The notes beneath the pieces are model-generated. The model was not told the origin of the DNA and did not search any database. It saw only the letters and a list, made by a program, of their open reading frames with translations. 50,756 nt of DNA from Candidatus Aminicenantales bacterium (lineage in GTDB: Bacteria; Acidobacteriota; Aminicenantia; Aminicenantales; UBA8522): positions 1 through 50,756 of the forward strand of contig JBAUIH010000125.1 in the NCBI GenBank assembly GCA_049682755.1. Direction: 5' to 3'. Positions 1 to 10,267 of the stretch are shown piece by piece. A program made the translations under genes and the position numbers. Position 1 is the first letter of the stretch. Every line of letters begins with the position of its first letter.

Positions 1-473
1 CCATCCTCGAGGTTGATCTTCTCGAAAGGATAAAGCGGGGTCAGCCGCTCGAAGTGGACGTTCCTCCGCATGTCCTGAATGACATCGGGCTCACTGAAAT
101 TGATGGCTTCTATCTTGATCAGGGCAAAGTATTTCTCGCCGTTCTTGGGGGGGCGGACGATCCCGCTGACCGTGTCCCCGGTCCGGAGCTGGAATTTCCG
201 GATCTGGGAAGGAGATACGTAGATATCGTCCTGGCTGGGAAGATAGCTGAAATCCGGGGCCCTCAGGAAGCCGAAACCGTCCTCCAGCGTCTCGAGGACG
301 CCTTCCGAGAACAGCAGGCCGCTCTTTTTTGCCTGGGCTTCCAGGATCTTGAAAATCAGGTTGTGCTTGCTGGCGTCCTCGATCTCCTCGTCCTCGACGC
401 CGACCTGGCCGGCGATCTTGACGATCTCCTTCATATCTTTTTCTTCGAGTTCGACGAGACTGTGGTCTTTCAT
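1..473 (-). CDS. rho: Transcription termination factor Rho, N-terminal part (gene continues past the left edge)
   Basis: Absent from the ORF track because it runs off the window. Own translation of the minus strand from the ATG at 471-473 gives MKDHSLVELEEKDMKEIVKIAGQ...GVLETLEDGFGFLRAPDFSYLPSQDDIYVSPSQIRKFQLRTGDTVSGIVRPPKNGEKYFALIKIEAINF. This is collinear with the E. coli Rho N-terminal RNA-binding region (GFGFLR, DIYVSPSQIRRF, RYFALL). GAGGAG lies about 9 nt upstream. Confidence 0.9.
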   Translation of the reverse strand, partial: MKDHSLVELEEKDMKEIVKIAGQVGVEDEEIEDASKHNLIFKILEAQAKKSGLLFSEGVLETLEDGFGFLRAPDFSYLPSQDDIYVSPSQIRKFQLRTGDTVSGIVRPPKNGEKYFALIKIEAINFSEPDVIQDMRRNVHFERLTPLYPFEKINLED

Positions 474-545
474 TTTTCAGTTCTCCTCAAGAATGGATTT
501 TAGAGACCCTCAGGCCAATTGTTGGACTGTCGTTTTATGCCGACC

Positions 546-2981
546 TCAGTGTGTCAGTGGAGGCTCGGTCGGGCCCTCCCCCTCCCCTCCCCTCGGGGAA
601 AGCTCCGCGGCGGCGGCCGCTTTCTCCTGGGGCGGCTTTTCGGGGAGATCCTTCGTCAGGGCGATTTTCAGGACTTCATCCATGTGCTCAGCCAGATGGA
701 TCTTTAACTCCTGTTTGATGACCTTGGGCAAGTCTTTGAGGTCCGCTTTGTTGTCGAGCGGCAGGATGGCTTCCCGGAATCCCTCGCGATGGGCCGCCAG
801 GAGCTTCTCCTTGATCCCGCCTACAGGAAGGACTTTCCCCTTGAGCGTGATCTCTCCGGTCATGGCCACCGTTCGGTTAACCGGAATGTCGGTCAGGAGC
901 GAAATAATCGAGGTGGCGATGGTGATTCCCGCCGAGGGACCTTCCTTCGGGGTGGCACCCTCGGGGACATGGACGTGGATATCAAAGTTCTTGTGCAGGT
1001 CCTTGGCGATGTTCAGCTCGAAGATCTTACCCCGGACATAGCTGAAGGCGGTCTGAGCGGACTCCTGCATGATCTCGCCGAGCTGGCCTGTCAGGGTGAA
1101 ATTGCCCTTGCCGTGCACCTTGGTCGCCTCGAAAGTCAGCAGCTCACCCCCGAACTCGGTCCAGGCCATGCCGATGGCCCCTCCGATCTCCGGTTTCTTA
1201 TCAATCCCGGAGCGTCTGAATTTGGCAATACCCAGGTAGGATTCGAGGTTTCTGGGTGTCACCCGCTCGCCATGGGCCTTGCCCTTCTGGACGACCCGCT
1301 TGACCAACTTCCGGCAGATGGAGGTGATCTCCCGCTCCAGGTTTCTAACGCCGGCCTCCCGCGTATACTCACGGATGACCTTCTGCATGGCCGGGTCGGT
1401 GATCTTGATGTTCCCGGCTTTGAGTCCGTGGGCTTTCATCTGCTTGGGCAGCAAGAATTTCTTAGCGATCTGGAGCTTCTCCTGCTCAGTGTAGCCGGGA
1501 ATGCGGATGACCTCCATCCGATCGATGAGTGCCCGCGGGATGGGCTCGAGCATGTTGGCCGTGACGATGAACATCACCTGGGAGAGGTCGAAATCGGTAT
1601 CGATATAGTGGTCCAGAAATGTGCTATTTTGTTCAGGATCAAGAACTTCCATCAGAGCCGAGGCGGGGTCCCCGCGAAAATCCATGCTCATCTTATCGAC
1701 CTCATCGAGCAGGAAGACCGGGTTCTTGGTGCCCGCCCGCTTGATCATCTGGATGATCCGTCCGGGGTAGGCGCCGATATAGGTCCGGCGATGGCCGCGA
1801 ATCTCCGCTTCGTCCCGGACTCCCCCCAGGGAAAGACGCACAAATTTCCTTCCCGTCGCCCGCGCTACCGACTTCCCAAGGGAGCTTTTTCCGACGCCCG
1901 GCGGGCCGATCAGGCCCAGAATGACTCCTTTCGGGCTCTTGACGAGCTGGCGGATAGAGAGGAACTCGAGGATTCTCTCCTTGACTTTCTCAAGCCCGTA
2001 ATGATCGTCGTCCAAGACCCGCTGGGCCTCTTTGAGACCCCTCCTTTCGCGAGACTTTTTGTTCCAAGGCATGGATATCAGCCAGTCGAGGTAGTTCCGG
2101 CAGACGGTCGCTTCGGCGGACATCGGAGGCATAGTTTCGAGCCGCTCGATCTCTTTGAGGGATTTCTCCTGAGCGTCCGGAGGCATACCGGCCTTATTGA
2201 CCTTCTGCTTGAGCTCCTCGATCTCGTTCGGCTGGTCCTCCTTGCGGGAACCGTAGCCCGCCCCGGGGGGGAAGACATTCGGTTTGGCGTCCCGGCCCAC
2301 CGTCTTCTGACGTTCGGATCTCGGCCCTTCCCGGCGGAGTTTGGAATGGATCTTGAGGATCTCGTTCTCCAGCAGATAGTTCAGCCGGCGCGTCCTCTCC
2401 AGCGTGTTGATCGTCTCCAGGAGGTTCTGCTTCTCTTCCAGAGGAAGATAGAGATGGGAGGAAATGATATCGGTGATCCTCTCCGGAGTCGTGTCTCGAA
2501 GGGCCGGGATGATGGATTCGATGTTGGCGTTCTGGTTGAGCTTGAGATAGTCTTCGAAGAGGGCCAGTCCCCTTTTCAGAAGCTCTTTGATCTCGGGGCT
2601 GTGATCTTCGATCTCCCTGATCACCTTGGCCAATACCTGATAGTATGGATAAGTGCTCAGGTACTCGATGACCCGGGCTCTTTTCTTGGCCTCGACGATG
2701 ACCTTGACGTTTTTCTCATCCGATTTGACGGTCCGGATGATCTTGGCCGTTACCCCCAGGGAATAGATGTCCTTGGGCTGCGGATTGTCGAGCGAAGCAT
2801 CCATTTGGGCGGCCAGAAAGATGAGCTTATCCCGTTCCAGGGCTTTGTCCAGAGCCTGGACAGACGAGCTCCGTCCGATGATAAACGGGACCAGGGTTGA
2901 TGGAAATATGACCAGGTCTCGCAAGGGTATAAGCGGGATATTGCGGATCATCTCGGCCTTGCTGTTGGCGTCTTCAGTCAT
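546..2981 (-). CDS. lon: ATP-dependent Lon protease (LonA type)
   Basis: 811 aa. Lon N-domain (IPLIPLRDLVIFP), Walker A GPPGVGKSS, and a protease domain with PKEGPSAGITIATS (catalytic Ser context). ATG at 2979-2981 with GGGAGAA upstream. Low-complexity Ala/Gly/Glu/Pro C-terminal tail. Confidence 0.97.
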   Translation of the reverse strand: MTEDANSKAEMIRNIPLIPLRDLVIFPSTLVPFIIGRSSSVQALDKALERDKLIFLAAQMDASLDNPQPKDIYSLGVTAKIIRTVKSDEKNVKVIVEAKKRARVIEYLSTYPYYQVLAKVIREIEDHSPEIKELLKRGLALFEDYLKLNQNANIESIIPALRDTTPERITDIISSHLYLPLEEKQNLLETINTLERTRRLNYLLENEILKIHSKLRREGPRSERQKTVGRDAKPNVFPPGAGYGSRKEDQPNEIEELKQKVNKAGMPPDAQEKSLKEIERLETMPPMSAEATVCRNYLDWLISMPWNKKSRERRGLKEAQRVLDDDHYGLEKVKERILEFLSIRQLVKSPKGVILGLIGPPGVGKSSLGKSVARATGRKFVRLSLGGVRDEAEIRGHRRTYIGAYPGRIIQMIKRAGTKNPVFLLDEVDKMSMDFRGDPASALMEVLDPEQNSTFLDHYIDTDFDLSQVMFIVTANMLEPIPRALIDRMEVIRIPGYTEQEKLQIAKKFLLPKQMKAHGLKAGNIKITDPAMQKVIREYTREAGVRNLEREITSICRKLVKRVVQKGKAHGERVTPRNLESYLGIAKFRRSGIDKKPEIGGAIGMAWTEFGGELLTFEATKVHGKGNFTLTGQLGEIMQESAQTAFSYVRGKIFELNIAKDLHKNFDIHVHVPEGATPKEGPSAGITIATSIISLLTDIPVNRTVAMTGEITLKGKVLPVGGIKEKLLAAHREGFREAILPLDNKADLKDLPKVIKQELKIHLAEHMDEVLKIALTKDLPEKPPQEKAAAAAELSPRGGEGEGPTEPPLTH

Positions 2982-2982
2982 A

Positions 2983-4245
2983 TCATTCTCCCACTGCTTT
3001 CTTTAGTCGTGCAAAGGCCGGTCCACTGGCCTCAACCATTTCCCGGGTGATCACAATCTTCGTTTCCCGGCGCGAGGAAGGCAGCTCGTACATGAGGTCG
3101 AGCATCAGGTCTTCGATGATCGTCCTTAACCCCCTGGCCCCCAGCTTCTTCTGGACCGACTCCTCGGCGATGGCCAGCAGGGCCTCCTCCTCGAACTGAA
3201 GCTCGACACCCTCCATCTCGAATAGTTTCTGGAACTGCTTGACGATGGCGTTTTTCGGCCGGCTCAGCACCGCGATCAGGTCGCTCACGCTCAACTCGTC
3301 GAACACGGCCATCACCGGGATCCGCCCGACAAGCTCGGGGATCATACCATATTTGATCAGGTCCTGGGGGATAAACTCGGTGAAAATATCCGCCGTTCCC
3401 TCCCTCTTCTTGGCCTTCAAGTCGGACTTGAACCCGACGGCGGTCTTGCCGATCCTCTGGGCGATGATTTTGTCCAATCCCACGAATGCGCCCCCGCAAA
3501 TGAAGAGGATGTCGGTCGTATCCACCGGGATGAATTCCTGGTAGGGGTGCTTGCGGCCGCCCTGGGGGGGGATATTGGTCACGGTCCCCTCAATGATCTT
3601 GAGGAGCGCCTGCTGGACGCCTTCACCCGAGACATCTCGGGTGATCGAGGGGCTGTCGCTCTTGCGGCCAATCTTGTCGATCTCATCGATATAAATGATC
3701 CCCCGCTGCGTCCGTTCGATGTTTCCGCCCGCTGCCTGGAAAAGCTTGAGGACGACGTTTTCGACATCCTCACCCACATAGCCGGCCTCGGTCAGGGTGG
3801 TGGCGTCCGTGATGGCGAATGGAACCGACAGGATCCTGGCCAGGGTTTGGGCCATCAGCGTCTTTCCCGTCCCCGTCGGGCCGATGAGGAGAATATTGCT
3901 CTTGCCGACTTCGACATCGGACTGTCCCCTCCTCAGCTTGATCCTTTTATAATGGTTGTAGACGGCCACCGAGATTTTTTTCTTGGCCTTCTCCTGGCCG
4001 ACGATATACTGATCGAGGGCATCCTTGATCTGCCGCGGAGTGAGGGATTCGGTCTTCTGGCGGCGCTCCTCCTGCTCTCTCAATTTTTCTGTAATTATAA
4101 TGGAATGTGCAAGTTCTACACAGTTGCCGCAGATGAAAACACCTTTCGGTCCGGCGATGAGTTTCTTCACCTGGGTCTGGGTTCGGCTGCAGAAATTGCA
4201 CCTGTAGACCTGGCCCGTGTTCTGCTCGGCGCTTCTGTCGTCCAT
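2983..4245 (-). CDS. clpX: ATP-dependent Clp protease ATP-binding subunit ClpX
   Basis: N-terminal zinc-binding CNFC...CGNC, Walker A GPTGTGKT, Walker [10 protein letters not shown]. The track ORF starts at a TTG (4284). I prefer the in-frame ATG at 4243-4245 (MDDRSAEQ...). The stop lies 1 nt before the lon ATG. Confidence 0.95.
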   Translation of the reverse strand: MDDRSAEQNTGQVYRCNFCSRTQTQVKKLIAGPKGVFICGNCVELAHSIIITEKLREQEERRQKTESLTPRQIKDALDQYIVGQEKAKKKISVAVYNHYKRIKLRRGQSDVEVGKSNILLIGPTGTGKTLMAQTLARILSVPFAITDATTLTEAGYVGEDVENVVLKLFQAAGGNIERTQRGIIYIDEIDKIGRKSDSPSITRDVSGEGVQQALLKIIEGTVTNIPPQGGRKHPYQEFIPVDTTDILFICGGAFVGLDKIIAQRIGKTAVGFKSDLKAKKREGTADIFTEFIPQDLIKYGMIPELVGRIPVMAVFDELSVSDLIAVLSRPKNAIVKQFQKLFEMEGVELQFEEEALLAIAEESVQKKLGARGLRTIIEDLMLDLMYELPSSRRETKIVITREMVEASGPAFARLKKAVGE

Positions 4246-4293
4246 TTTCCTATGCTGAAATCCGTGATCGCGGAGGCCGGCCAATACCGCCGG

Positions 4294-4887
4294 CTACTTG
4301 ACTTCGCCGCGGGAGGCGATGATCTGGTCGACGAGCCCGTAGACCTTCGCCTCGGCCGCGGTCATGATGAAGTCCCTCTCGAGATCCGCCTGGATCTTCT
4401 CTTTCGATTGGTGCGTATGCTTGGCCAGGATCTCGTTGAGGTTCTCCCGCACCCGAAGCACCTCTCTGGCCTGGATGGCGATATCCGAGGCCTGGCCCTG
4501 GTATCCTCCAGAGGGCTGATGGAGGATGATCCGGGAATTGGGCAGGGAGTAGCGTTTTCCCGGCCGCCCGGCAGCCAGGAGCACGGCCGCCATGCTGGCT
4601 GCCTGCCCGACGCAGATCGTGGCCACGTCCGCCTTGATGAACTGGATCGTGTCGTAGATCGCGATTCCCGCCGAGATGCTCCCTCCCGGAGAATTGATAT
4701 ACAGTGAGATTTCCTTCTCCGGATTCTCCGCCTCGAGGTAAAGAAGCTCAGCGATCACGGTGTTGGCCATCTCATCATTGATCTCGGAACCGATGAAAAT
4801 GATATTGTCCTTGAGCAGACGGGAGTAGATATCATAGGCGCGCTCACTGCGCCCATCCTGCTCAACGACAAAGGGAATCAAAGCCAT
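4294..4887 (-). CDS. clpP: ATP-dependent Clp protease proteolytic subunit ClpP
   Basis: Near-collinear with E. coli ClpP ([25 protein letters not shown] with catalytic Ser, ILHQP with His). The track start at 4899 is a TTG. The ATG at 4885-4887 ([10 protein letters not shown]) matches the mature ClpP N-terminus better; the start is uncertain by 4 codons. Confidence 0.95.
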   Translation of the reverse strand: MALIPFVVEQDGRSERAYDIYSRLLKDNIIFIGSEINDEMANTVIAELLYLEAENPEKEISLYINSPGGSISAGIAIYDTIQFIKADVATICVGQAASMAAVLLAAGRPGKRYSLPNSRIILHQPSGGYQGQASDIAIQAREVLRVRENLNEILAKHTHQSKEKIQADLERDFIMTAAEAKVYGLVDQIIASRGEVK

Positions 4888-4895
4888 AGGGAGTA

Positions 4896-6173
4896 TCAAT
4901 ATATTACCGCGTTCTGGAGCAAAAAGTCAATGGCCCGGCGAAGCCGGAGGGTATTGCGAACATCCTCCCTTCTCCCTTCCTGATTGATCCTTTCGACGAG
5001 CTGCGCCAGGGGAACATTATTCCTCTTGGCCATTTCCTTGACTTCCACCTCGATCTCTTCATCGCTCACGGCCAGATTCTCCTGGCCGGCGATCCTCTGG
5101 AGCAGAAGACCTCTCTTGAGATTGTGTTCCGCCTGGCTTCGCGCCCTTTGTCTCAGGTTTTCCACTTGCTCCGGCGGTAGGTCGGCCGGCAGCTGGGCGG
5201 CCCAGCTTTGCAGGCTGGAGGCGGCCTCCTGTTCGATGAGGCTCTGAGGAAGCTCCAACTGGAGCTTTTCGACAAGGTTTTTGACGATCTCGTCCCCCAT
5301 CTCTCTTCGGGCTTCATCCTCTCTGGACTTTTCAAGTTCCTGGCGTATCCTGGACCTCAGGGCCGCCAAGTTGTCGTATTCTCCCAGATCTTTGGCCCAT
5401 TCATCGTTCATCTCGGGGACTCTCTTTTCTTTAACCGAGACAACCTTGAGATCGTATTCGATCGACCGCCCGGCCATCTTCTTTTGCGCGTGCTCAGGCG
5501 GGTAGGAGATAGCGAACGTCCTGGGCTCCCCCGGTTTGAGCCCGATCAGGTTTTCGTTCAAAGCCTTTTCGTTTTCGGGATGCCCGGCCAGGACCAGGAT
5601 TTTTTCCGTCGGCAGCCACCTCTTGGTCTTGAGGTCGCGACCTTTCCATTCAACAACAACGTAGTCTCCATCGACCACTCCCCTCCCCTCGACGGGGACG
5701 TATTCGGCCGACCTCTGGCGGAGCTCTTCGAGGGAACGGTCGACATCCTCTTCCTCGACCTTGACCTCCTTTTTCTGCACTCTGATCTTCTTATAGGCCG
5801 GGAGCTCAAAATCGGGCAGAATCTCGACCGCCGCCTTGAAGCGGAGGGGCTCTCCCTCCTTGAAAACAACGTCCTTGATCAGGGGAGTCCCGACCGGATG
5901 GATGCTTTCCGTCTGCAGACATTCCCTCAGGGCCCGGGGGGCCAGGGTTTCGATCACAGCGTCCTTGATATCCGCATAAAAAAGCCGCTGGACCATCTCC
6001 CGAGGGGCCTTGCCGCGCCGGAATCCGTCCAGTCTGGCCCGCGACGCGTATTCAAGAAGGGTTTTTTCCCATTCCTTGGCTACCTCCTCAGCGCTGATTT
6101 CAATCTCCAGCTCGCGCCGGCTCGGACTCAGCGCCCTGACCTGGGAATGGATGGATTCTTTTTGTTCATTCAT
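4896..6173 (-). CDS. tig: Trigger factor (ribosome-associated chaperone/PPIase)
   Basis: 425 aa with trigger-factor N-domain, FKBP-like middle domain and C-domain layout. Conserved synteny tRNA-Leu, tig, clpP, clpX, lon. ATG at 6171-6173. Confidence 0.9.
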   Translation of the reverse strand: MNEQKESIHSQVRALSPSRRELEIEISAEEVAKEWEKTLLEYASRARLDGFRRGKAPREMVQRLFYADIKDAVIETLAPRALRECLQTESIHPVGTPLIKDVVFKEGEPLRFKAAVEILPDFELPAYKKIRVQKKEVKVEEEDVDRSLEELRQRSAEYVPVEGRGVVDGDYVVVEWKGRDLKTKRWLPTEKILVLAGHPENEKALNENLIGLKPGEPRTFAISYPPEHAQKKMAGRSIEYDLKVVSVKEKRVPEMNDEWAKDLGEYDNLAALRSRIRQELEKSREDEARREMGDEIVKNLVEKLQLELPQSLIEQEAASSLQSWAAQLPADLPPEQVENLRQRARSQAEHNLKRGLLLQRIAGQENLAVSDEEIEVEVKEMAKRNNVPLAQLVERINQEGRREDVRNTLRLRRAIDFLLQNAVIY

Positions 6174-6274
6174 CGCTTCCGACCTCGATCTTTGGACAAT
6201 ATTGTCTTTTGGCCTAGCGACTTGAGTCCTCTGTGAACCAAGCCGTCTGGAAAAACTGGAGGATCGTATCCAAA

Positions 6275-6359
6275 TGGGCAGAGCGGGAGTCGAACCCGCA
6301 CTCCTTCATCAGGAACTAGGTCCTAAGCCTAGCGCGTCTGCCTATTCCGCCACCTGCCC
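6275..6359 (-). tRNA. tRNA-Leu (anticodon UAG), class II tRNA with long variable arm, no encoded CCA
   Basis: Hand-folded reverse complement: GGGCAGG TG GCG GAATAGGCAGA CGC G CTAGG CTTAGGA CCTAG T-TCCT-GATGA-AGGA-GT GCGGG TTCGACT CCCGC TCTGCCC A. It has a 7-bp acceptor stem (one G-U), a 5-bp anticodon stem, loop CUUAGGA, a 4-bp variable-arm stem and a GTTCGA-type T-loop. Length 85 nt. Confidence 0.95.
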
Positions 6360-6462
6360 TCCGATCCAATCTCGCCAAGACTCGACTCTCCTTTAACGGG
6401 AAGGCCCATCTGTCTTCGGGAATCAAAAGGAAGGCTGACCTTCAAGTGCTGGAAGAACACTC

Positions 6463-6491
6463 TTTTTACCATATTCACGCGTTCCAGTCAA
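6463..6491 (-). promoter_or_regulatory. Candidate sigma70-type promoter upstream of tRNA-Leu/tig (TTGACT-17-TAAAAA)
   Basis: The minus strand reads TTGACTggaacgcgtgaatatggTAAAAA. The -35 is 5/6 to consensus, the spacer is 17 nt, and the -10 is 4/6. It lies about 100 nt upstream of the tRNA 5' end, which is long for a tRNA leader. Confidence 0.3.
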
Positions 6492-6551
6492 CAGAACAAC
6501 CCCCCTCAGGGCCGCCCATTTCAGGCCCGGGCCCGCTTCGACCGGGAACTC

Positions 6552-8378
6552 TCAGCGAAGGTACTTCTTGAGCCTTTCTGCCAGGTCGGGATCGACCGTG
6601 ACCAAGGTTCTATAAATTTCCCGGGCGCTGTAGTTGTCCTTCAGGTTCAAATAGACGACGGCCAAGTTGAAAAGGGCAACTCCGTAGTCCGGCCTTAACT
6701 CGACGCTCTTCTTCAGCGGATCGAGGGCTGAATCGAAGTCTTTGAGCTGCATGTAACAGACGCCGATCTGCAGCCAGGCGTCCGCGTTGTCTGGGACAAG
6801 GGCGACGTAATTCTTGAAGGCTTCGATGGATTGTCTGAACATCTTCAGGTTCAGGTAGCAGGAGCCGATGTTGTAATGGGCGACATCATAGTCCGGCTTG
6901 ATGGTCAGGGCCTGTTGGAACGCGGCAATCGCCTCTTCATATCTTTGGAGCTTCTGGAACATGATGGCCAGATTGTAGACCGCTATTTCACTGTCCGGGT
7001 TGAGTTCGATGACCTTCCTGGCCGCCGCGATGGCGTTCTCATTCTGGCCGGCCTCATCGTACATTTTGACAATATCGCTGTAGTAGGTGCTGGCATCGAC
7101 GGGATTCAGCTCGGCCAGGCCCTGGAGAACGGTTTGGGCCTTGTCATATTGCTGGGCCATCCTGTATGCCTGAGCCAGGCTGTAATTCACTTTGATATCG
7201 CGCGGTTGGGCCTTTTGGGCTTCCTGAAGAGCCACGATAGCCAGCTCATACTGCTGCAGTTCCATCCGGCAAGAGCCGAGGCGAAGATAGCCCATCCAGG
7301 CGTTTTCCGGTTGCATTTTCAAAAAACGATCATAAGCGTCGGCGGCCTTGGCGAAATCCCGCAGTTCCTCGTAGGCAGTACCGAGCTGAAAGACCGCCTC
7401 TTTCTGCGTGCCGTCGAGGGCGATGGCCTTTTCCAGGGCGCCGGCGGCGTCGTTCCAGCGCTGCGTCCGGATGAAGATCCCGCCCAATCCGAGGTGGGCC
7501 GAAGTCCTGTTCGGGTCGAGCCCGATAACCTTCTGGAAAGCGCCGACGGCGGCGTCAAAGTTCCTCTGATTGGCGTAAACGTCGGCAAGAAGCGCCTGGG
7601 CTTCAACCATGTCGGGCTTCAACTGGACAGCCTTTTCCAGGTATCTCTGAGCGCTCGCATTCTCGTCCGTTAGGCTGAATATCCGGCCGGCCAGATAAGC
7701 ACCCTCAAACGTTGCCAAATAGTCCTCTTTGCTCCAGTCTTTAAAGCTCGTGATTCTCCCCGCCGTCGGAAGGCTGCGCCAAGCGTCAATCGGTATCCCC
7801 ACCCGGCTCCTCTCCAGGACGACGATCAATGCGATAGCCTGCCCGTTCAGATTGAGGAGGGGACCGCCGCTGAAACCCTCGGGCAGGGACATCGTTGAGG
7901 CAATGACAGACTCATTGGCGGACAGCCGATGGATGGCCATGACCGTTCCTTCGGTGATGGTGATATCTCCAGACTCGTTCGCGCCCAGGCCAAACAACCT
8001 GGCCCCCGATTCCAGTCCTTCCGACCGGCCGAGGGGGATCGCAGTGATCTTGCCCTTCAACTTGAGCAGGGCGACGTCGAGGGCCCGGTCCGCGGCGATG
8101 ACGCCGTCCAGCTTCATCTTCTTCCCCTTGATGTTGACGACTTCGACTTCCGCGGCCCGGCTGACGAGGTGGTAGCTCGTCGCCACGACGTCCTGAGCCA
8201 GCCCGAACGCAACCCCTTTGGCGACAAGCTCTTTGTTGTCTCCATAAGCGTACAGCGCGACGACCCCTTCTTTGTACTTGTCGAAGAGATCCGCGGATTC
8301 TTGAGTTTGAGAAAAAAGAAAATTCCCTGCGACCAGGGAGACGGCCAGAAAAACCAGGACGCGCGCCTTTGCAGTCAT
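6552..8378 (-). CDS. Secreted trypsin-like (S1 family) serine protease fused to a long TPR array
   Basis: 608 aa. N-terminal signal peptide (KARVLVFLAVSLVAGNFLFSQ). His/Asp/Ser contexts TSYHLV, LDVALLKL and PEGFSGGPL. About 350 aa of tandem 34-residue TPR-like repeats (A..Y..A....P....A). AGGAGG upstream of the ATG at 8376-8378. Confidence 0.8.
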   Translation of the reverse strand: MTAKARVLVFLAVSLVAGNFLFSQTQESADLFDKYKEGVVALYAYGDNKELVAKGVAFGLAQDVVATSYHLVSRAAEVEVVNIKGKKMKLDGVIAADRALDVALLKLKGKITAIPLGRSEGLESGARLFGLGANESGDITITEGTVMAIHRLSANESVIASTMSLPEGFSGGPLLNLNGQAIALIVVLERSRVGIPIDAWRSLPTAGRITSFKDWSKEDYLATFEGAYLAGRIFSLTDENASAQRYLEKAVQLKPDMVEAQALLADVYANQRNFDAAVGAFQKVIGLDPNRTSAHLGLGGIFIRTQRWNDAAGALEKAIALDGTQKEAVFQLGTAYEELRDFAKAADAYDRFLKMQPENAWMGYLRLGSCRMELQQYELAIVALQEAQKAQPRDIKVNYSLAQAYRMAQQYDKAQTVLQGLAELNPVDASTYYSDIVKMYDEAGQNENAIAAARKVIELNPDSEIAVYNLAIMFQKLQRYEEAIAAFQQALTIKPDYDVAHYNIGSCYLNLKMFRQSIEAFKNYVALVPDNADAWLQIGVCYMQLKDFDSALDPLKKSVELRPDYGVALFNLAVVYLNLKDNYSAREIYRTLVTVDPDLAERLKKYLR

Positions 8379-8523
8379 CCTCTTTCCTCCTTTTCAGACA
8401 TACCGAGACAAATCTACACAGTGCGGCCTGTTCTGTCAATGAATAAATGCCGCCCGAAGCGTCTCTCTTTCTCCGCCCCGTGCGATTGACAAAGGGGAGG
8501 CGCTCGGCTAGCCTTGGGTCGGA

Positions 8524-9669
8524 ATGGTGGTTCGTGGATCGACGCTGTTTTATGTCCTGGTGGCACTCATTTTCTTCTCCCTGCTCTTTTGCTTCAAGTT
8601 CAAGTCTGAAATGGTTGATTTTGAGGTCAACTATAAAGCCGGCCTCCGGCTCTCCCAGGGCGAAACGCTGTACCGGACAACCGATGGGCACTGGCAGTTC
8701 AAGTACCTCCCCTTCTCCGCCTTGCTCTATCTTCCGCTGACCTATCTGCCCCTTTCCACAGCCAAGGCATGCTGGTTCGGGCTGATCGTTGCGGCGTCTG
8801 TCTCGATTGTTGTGATGTCATCTCAAGCTATTGATTCTAAATATAATAAATGCCTGTCGCCGGCCCTGGTGGCGGTCCTGGTCATGGGCCGTTATTTCTT
8901 CCGGGAGATCCAACTCGGCCAGATCAACGCGCTAATCACGTGTCTTTTGGTTGTCGTGATCTGGTTCCTGGTCCGTCCGGAAAGCCGGGGCGCCAGCTCT
9001 GTCGGCGGCGTCTTCGGGGGACTGGCCGCGGCGCTCAAGCCCTATGCGATCATTGTCTTCCCCTACTTCGCTGTTCGCAAGAAGTGGCCCGCCCTGGCGG
9101 CCGGAGCGGGGGTTTTGAGTCTGGCCGTCCTCTCGCCGGCGCTGTTTTACGGCTGGAAGGGAAATCTCATTGTGCTCGGTGAATGGCGGTCCTCCTTGAC
9201 CGCCTCCACCCCGTCGCTGTTTTCCTCTCAAGACAATATCTCTCTCCTCGGCTCGCTGATGAAATGGACGCATGACCGGGACCTCTCTCTGATTATGTAC
9301 ACGATCGTCGTCATGTCCCTCGGCTGTTTCGTCCTCTATCTCATCCACAGGGGAAGGAGGGTCTCCCGGGCAGCCGTGCTCGACGGCTTTCTGCTCCTGG
9401 CCCTGATCCCGCTTCTCTCCCCGCTGGGTTGGGATTACACTTTCCTCTCTTTTACGCCGGCCGTCATGCTCATCTCCAGACATTGCGGGCGATATCGTCC
9501 TTTCTGGAAAATATTTCTTGTCTTGAACTTCCTGGTTATCTCTCTGTCGCTCTATGATCTTATGGGAAGTCGCCTCTATGCCGCCTTCATGTCCCGGTCT
9601 ATCCTGACGTTCCATTTCCTGAGCCTCATCGGATACCTGGCTTACCTGCGAATCAAGGACCATGCCTAG
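8524..9669 (+). CDS. Polytopic membrane glycosyltransferase, GT87/DUF2029-like (GT-C fold)
   Basis: 381 aa with about 10 predicted TM segments. The N-terminal loop MVDFEVNYKAGLRLSQGETLYRTTDGHWQFKYLPFSALLYLPL resembles the DF..Y.A......G..LY....F.Y.P signature of PimE-like polyprenyl-phosphate-mannose-dependent transferases. Family call is from memory. Confidence 0.6.
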   Translation: MVVRGSTLFYVLVALIFFSLLFCFKFKSEMVDFEVNYKAGLRLSQGETLYRTTDGHWQFKYLPFSALLYLPLTYLPLSTAKACWFGLIVAASVSIVVMSSQAIDSKYNKCLSPALVAVLVMGRYFFREIQLGQINALITCLLVVVIWFLVRPESRGASSVGGVFGGLAAALKPYAIIVFPYFAVRKKWPALAAGAGVLSLAVLSPALFYGWKGNLIVLGEWRSSLTASTPSLFSSQDNISLLGSLMKWTHDRDLSLIMYTIVVMSLGCFVLYLIHRGRRVSRAAVLDGFLLLALIPLLSPLGWDYTFLSFTPAVMLISRHCGRYRPFWKIFLVLNFLVISLSLYDLMGSRLYAAFMSRSILTFHFLSLIGYLAYLRIKDHA

Positions 9670-10213
9670 ACAAGACGCGTCGGACATCTCCCTGAGACGG
9701 AGACCGGAGACACCCAAAACGCAAAAGACAATCCTGTTGACCTTTGTCCTGACCTTGATCGTTTTTTCGATTTTTAGCGGCGGCATTATCCTCGCTCCCT
9801 ACCTCCGGAGCAGCTCATCGGCCTGGGCGAGCCTTGTCTATGACCTCTATACCCCTTTTTGCCACCAGCTCCCGGAGCGTTCGATGACTTGCTTCGGTCA
9901 GCCGCTCGCCGTCTGCAGCCGCTGCCTGGGCATCTACTTGGGCATTTTCCTCGGACTCATCCTCTATCCTTTTATCAGGGGATGGCAACGGGCGAGTGTG
10001 CCCGAGCGAAAGGTTTTTTTCCTCCTTTCGGTGCCCATCGCTCTGGACACGGCGGCGAATTTCTCCGGGCTCTGGCAATCCCACGACGCCGTCCGCCTGC
10101 TCACGGGATTGCTCTGGGGCGCTCTCCTGCCGTTCTACTTTATCGCCGGAGTTGTGGATTTCCTGGAACAGCGCCAGAAAAGAAAAAGGGGGAGGGCCCA
10201 GAATAACACTTGA
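9662..10213 (+). CDS. DUF2085 family membrane protein
   Basis: 183 aa with 4-5 TM segments. Motif CHQLPERSMTCFGQPLAVCSRCLGIYLG is typical of DUF2085. The ATG overlaps the previous stop by 8 nt. Confidence 0.7.
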   Translation: MPRQDASDISLRRRPETPKTQKTILLTFVLTLIVFSIFSGGIILAPYLRSSSSAWASLVYDLYTPFCHQLPERSMTCFGQPLAVCSRCLGIYLGIFLGLILYPFIRGWQRASVPERKVFFLLSVPIALDTAANFSGLWQSHDAVRLLTGLLWGALLPFYFIAGVVDFLEQRQKRKRGRAQNNT

Positions 10214-10267
10214 AAAGCAGGCTGCATTCTTCATAAAATGGAAGGCGGCCGGAAATGAGGAGGAGGC

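Noticed and set aside
789-2900. Very long ORFs antisense to real genes. Examples: 789-2900 opposite lon, 3547-4707 opposite clpX/clpP, 12680-13984 and 14039-15154 opposite alaS, 15427-16743 opposite pilT/ilvE, 18918-20051 mirroring dnaJ almost exactly, 25642-27018 opposite LKR, and 48044-49069 opposite the helicase.
   Set aside because: Their translations are low-complexity and rich in Asp/Leu/Gly/Arg/Pro. They have no recognisable motifs, SD sequences or sensible starts. The opposite strand encodes textbook conserved proteins. Stop-codon depletion in the antisense frame is the expected by-product of GC-rich codon usage, not evidence of overlapping genes.
6275-6359. tRNA-Leu as a possible integration hotspot flanked by a mobile element.
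   Set aside because: Both flanks are conserved housekeeping genes (tig-clpPX-lon on one side, a protease on the other). No integrase, direct repeat of the tRNA 3' end or compositional break was seen.
7912-8691. 259-aa minus-strand ORF spanning the protease 5' end, the divergent promoter region and the start of the GT87 gene.
   Set aside because: It is out of frame with the well-supported protease, has Arg/Gly/Pro-rich low-complexity content, and crosses an intergenic promoter region. It is a GC-driven spurious ORF.
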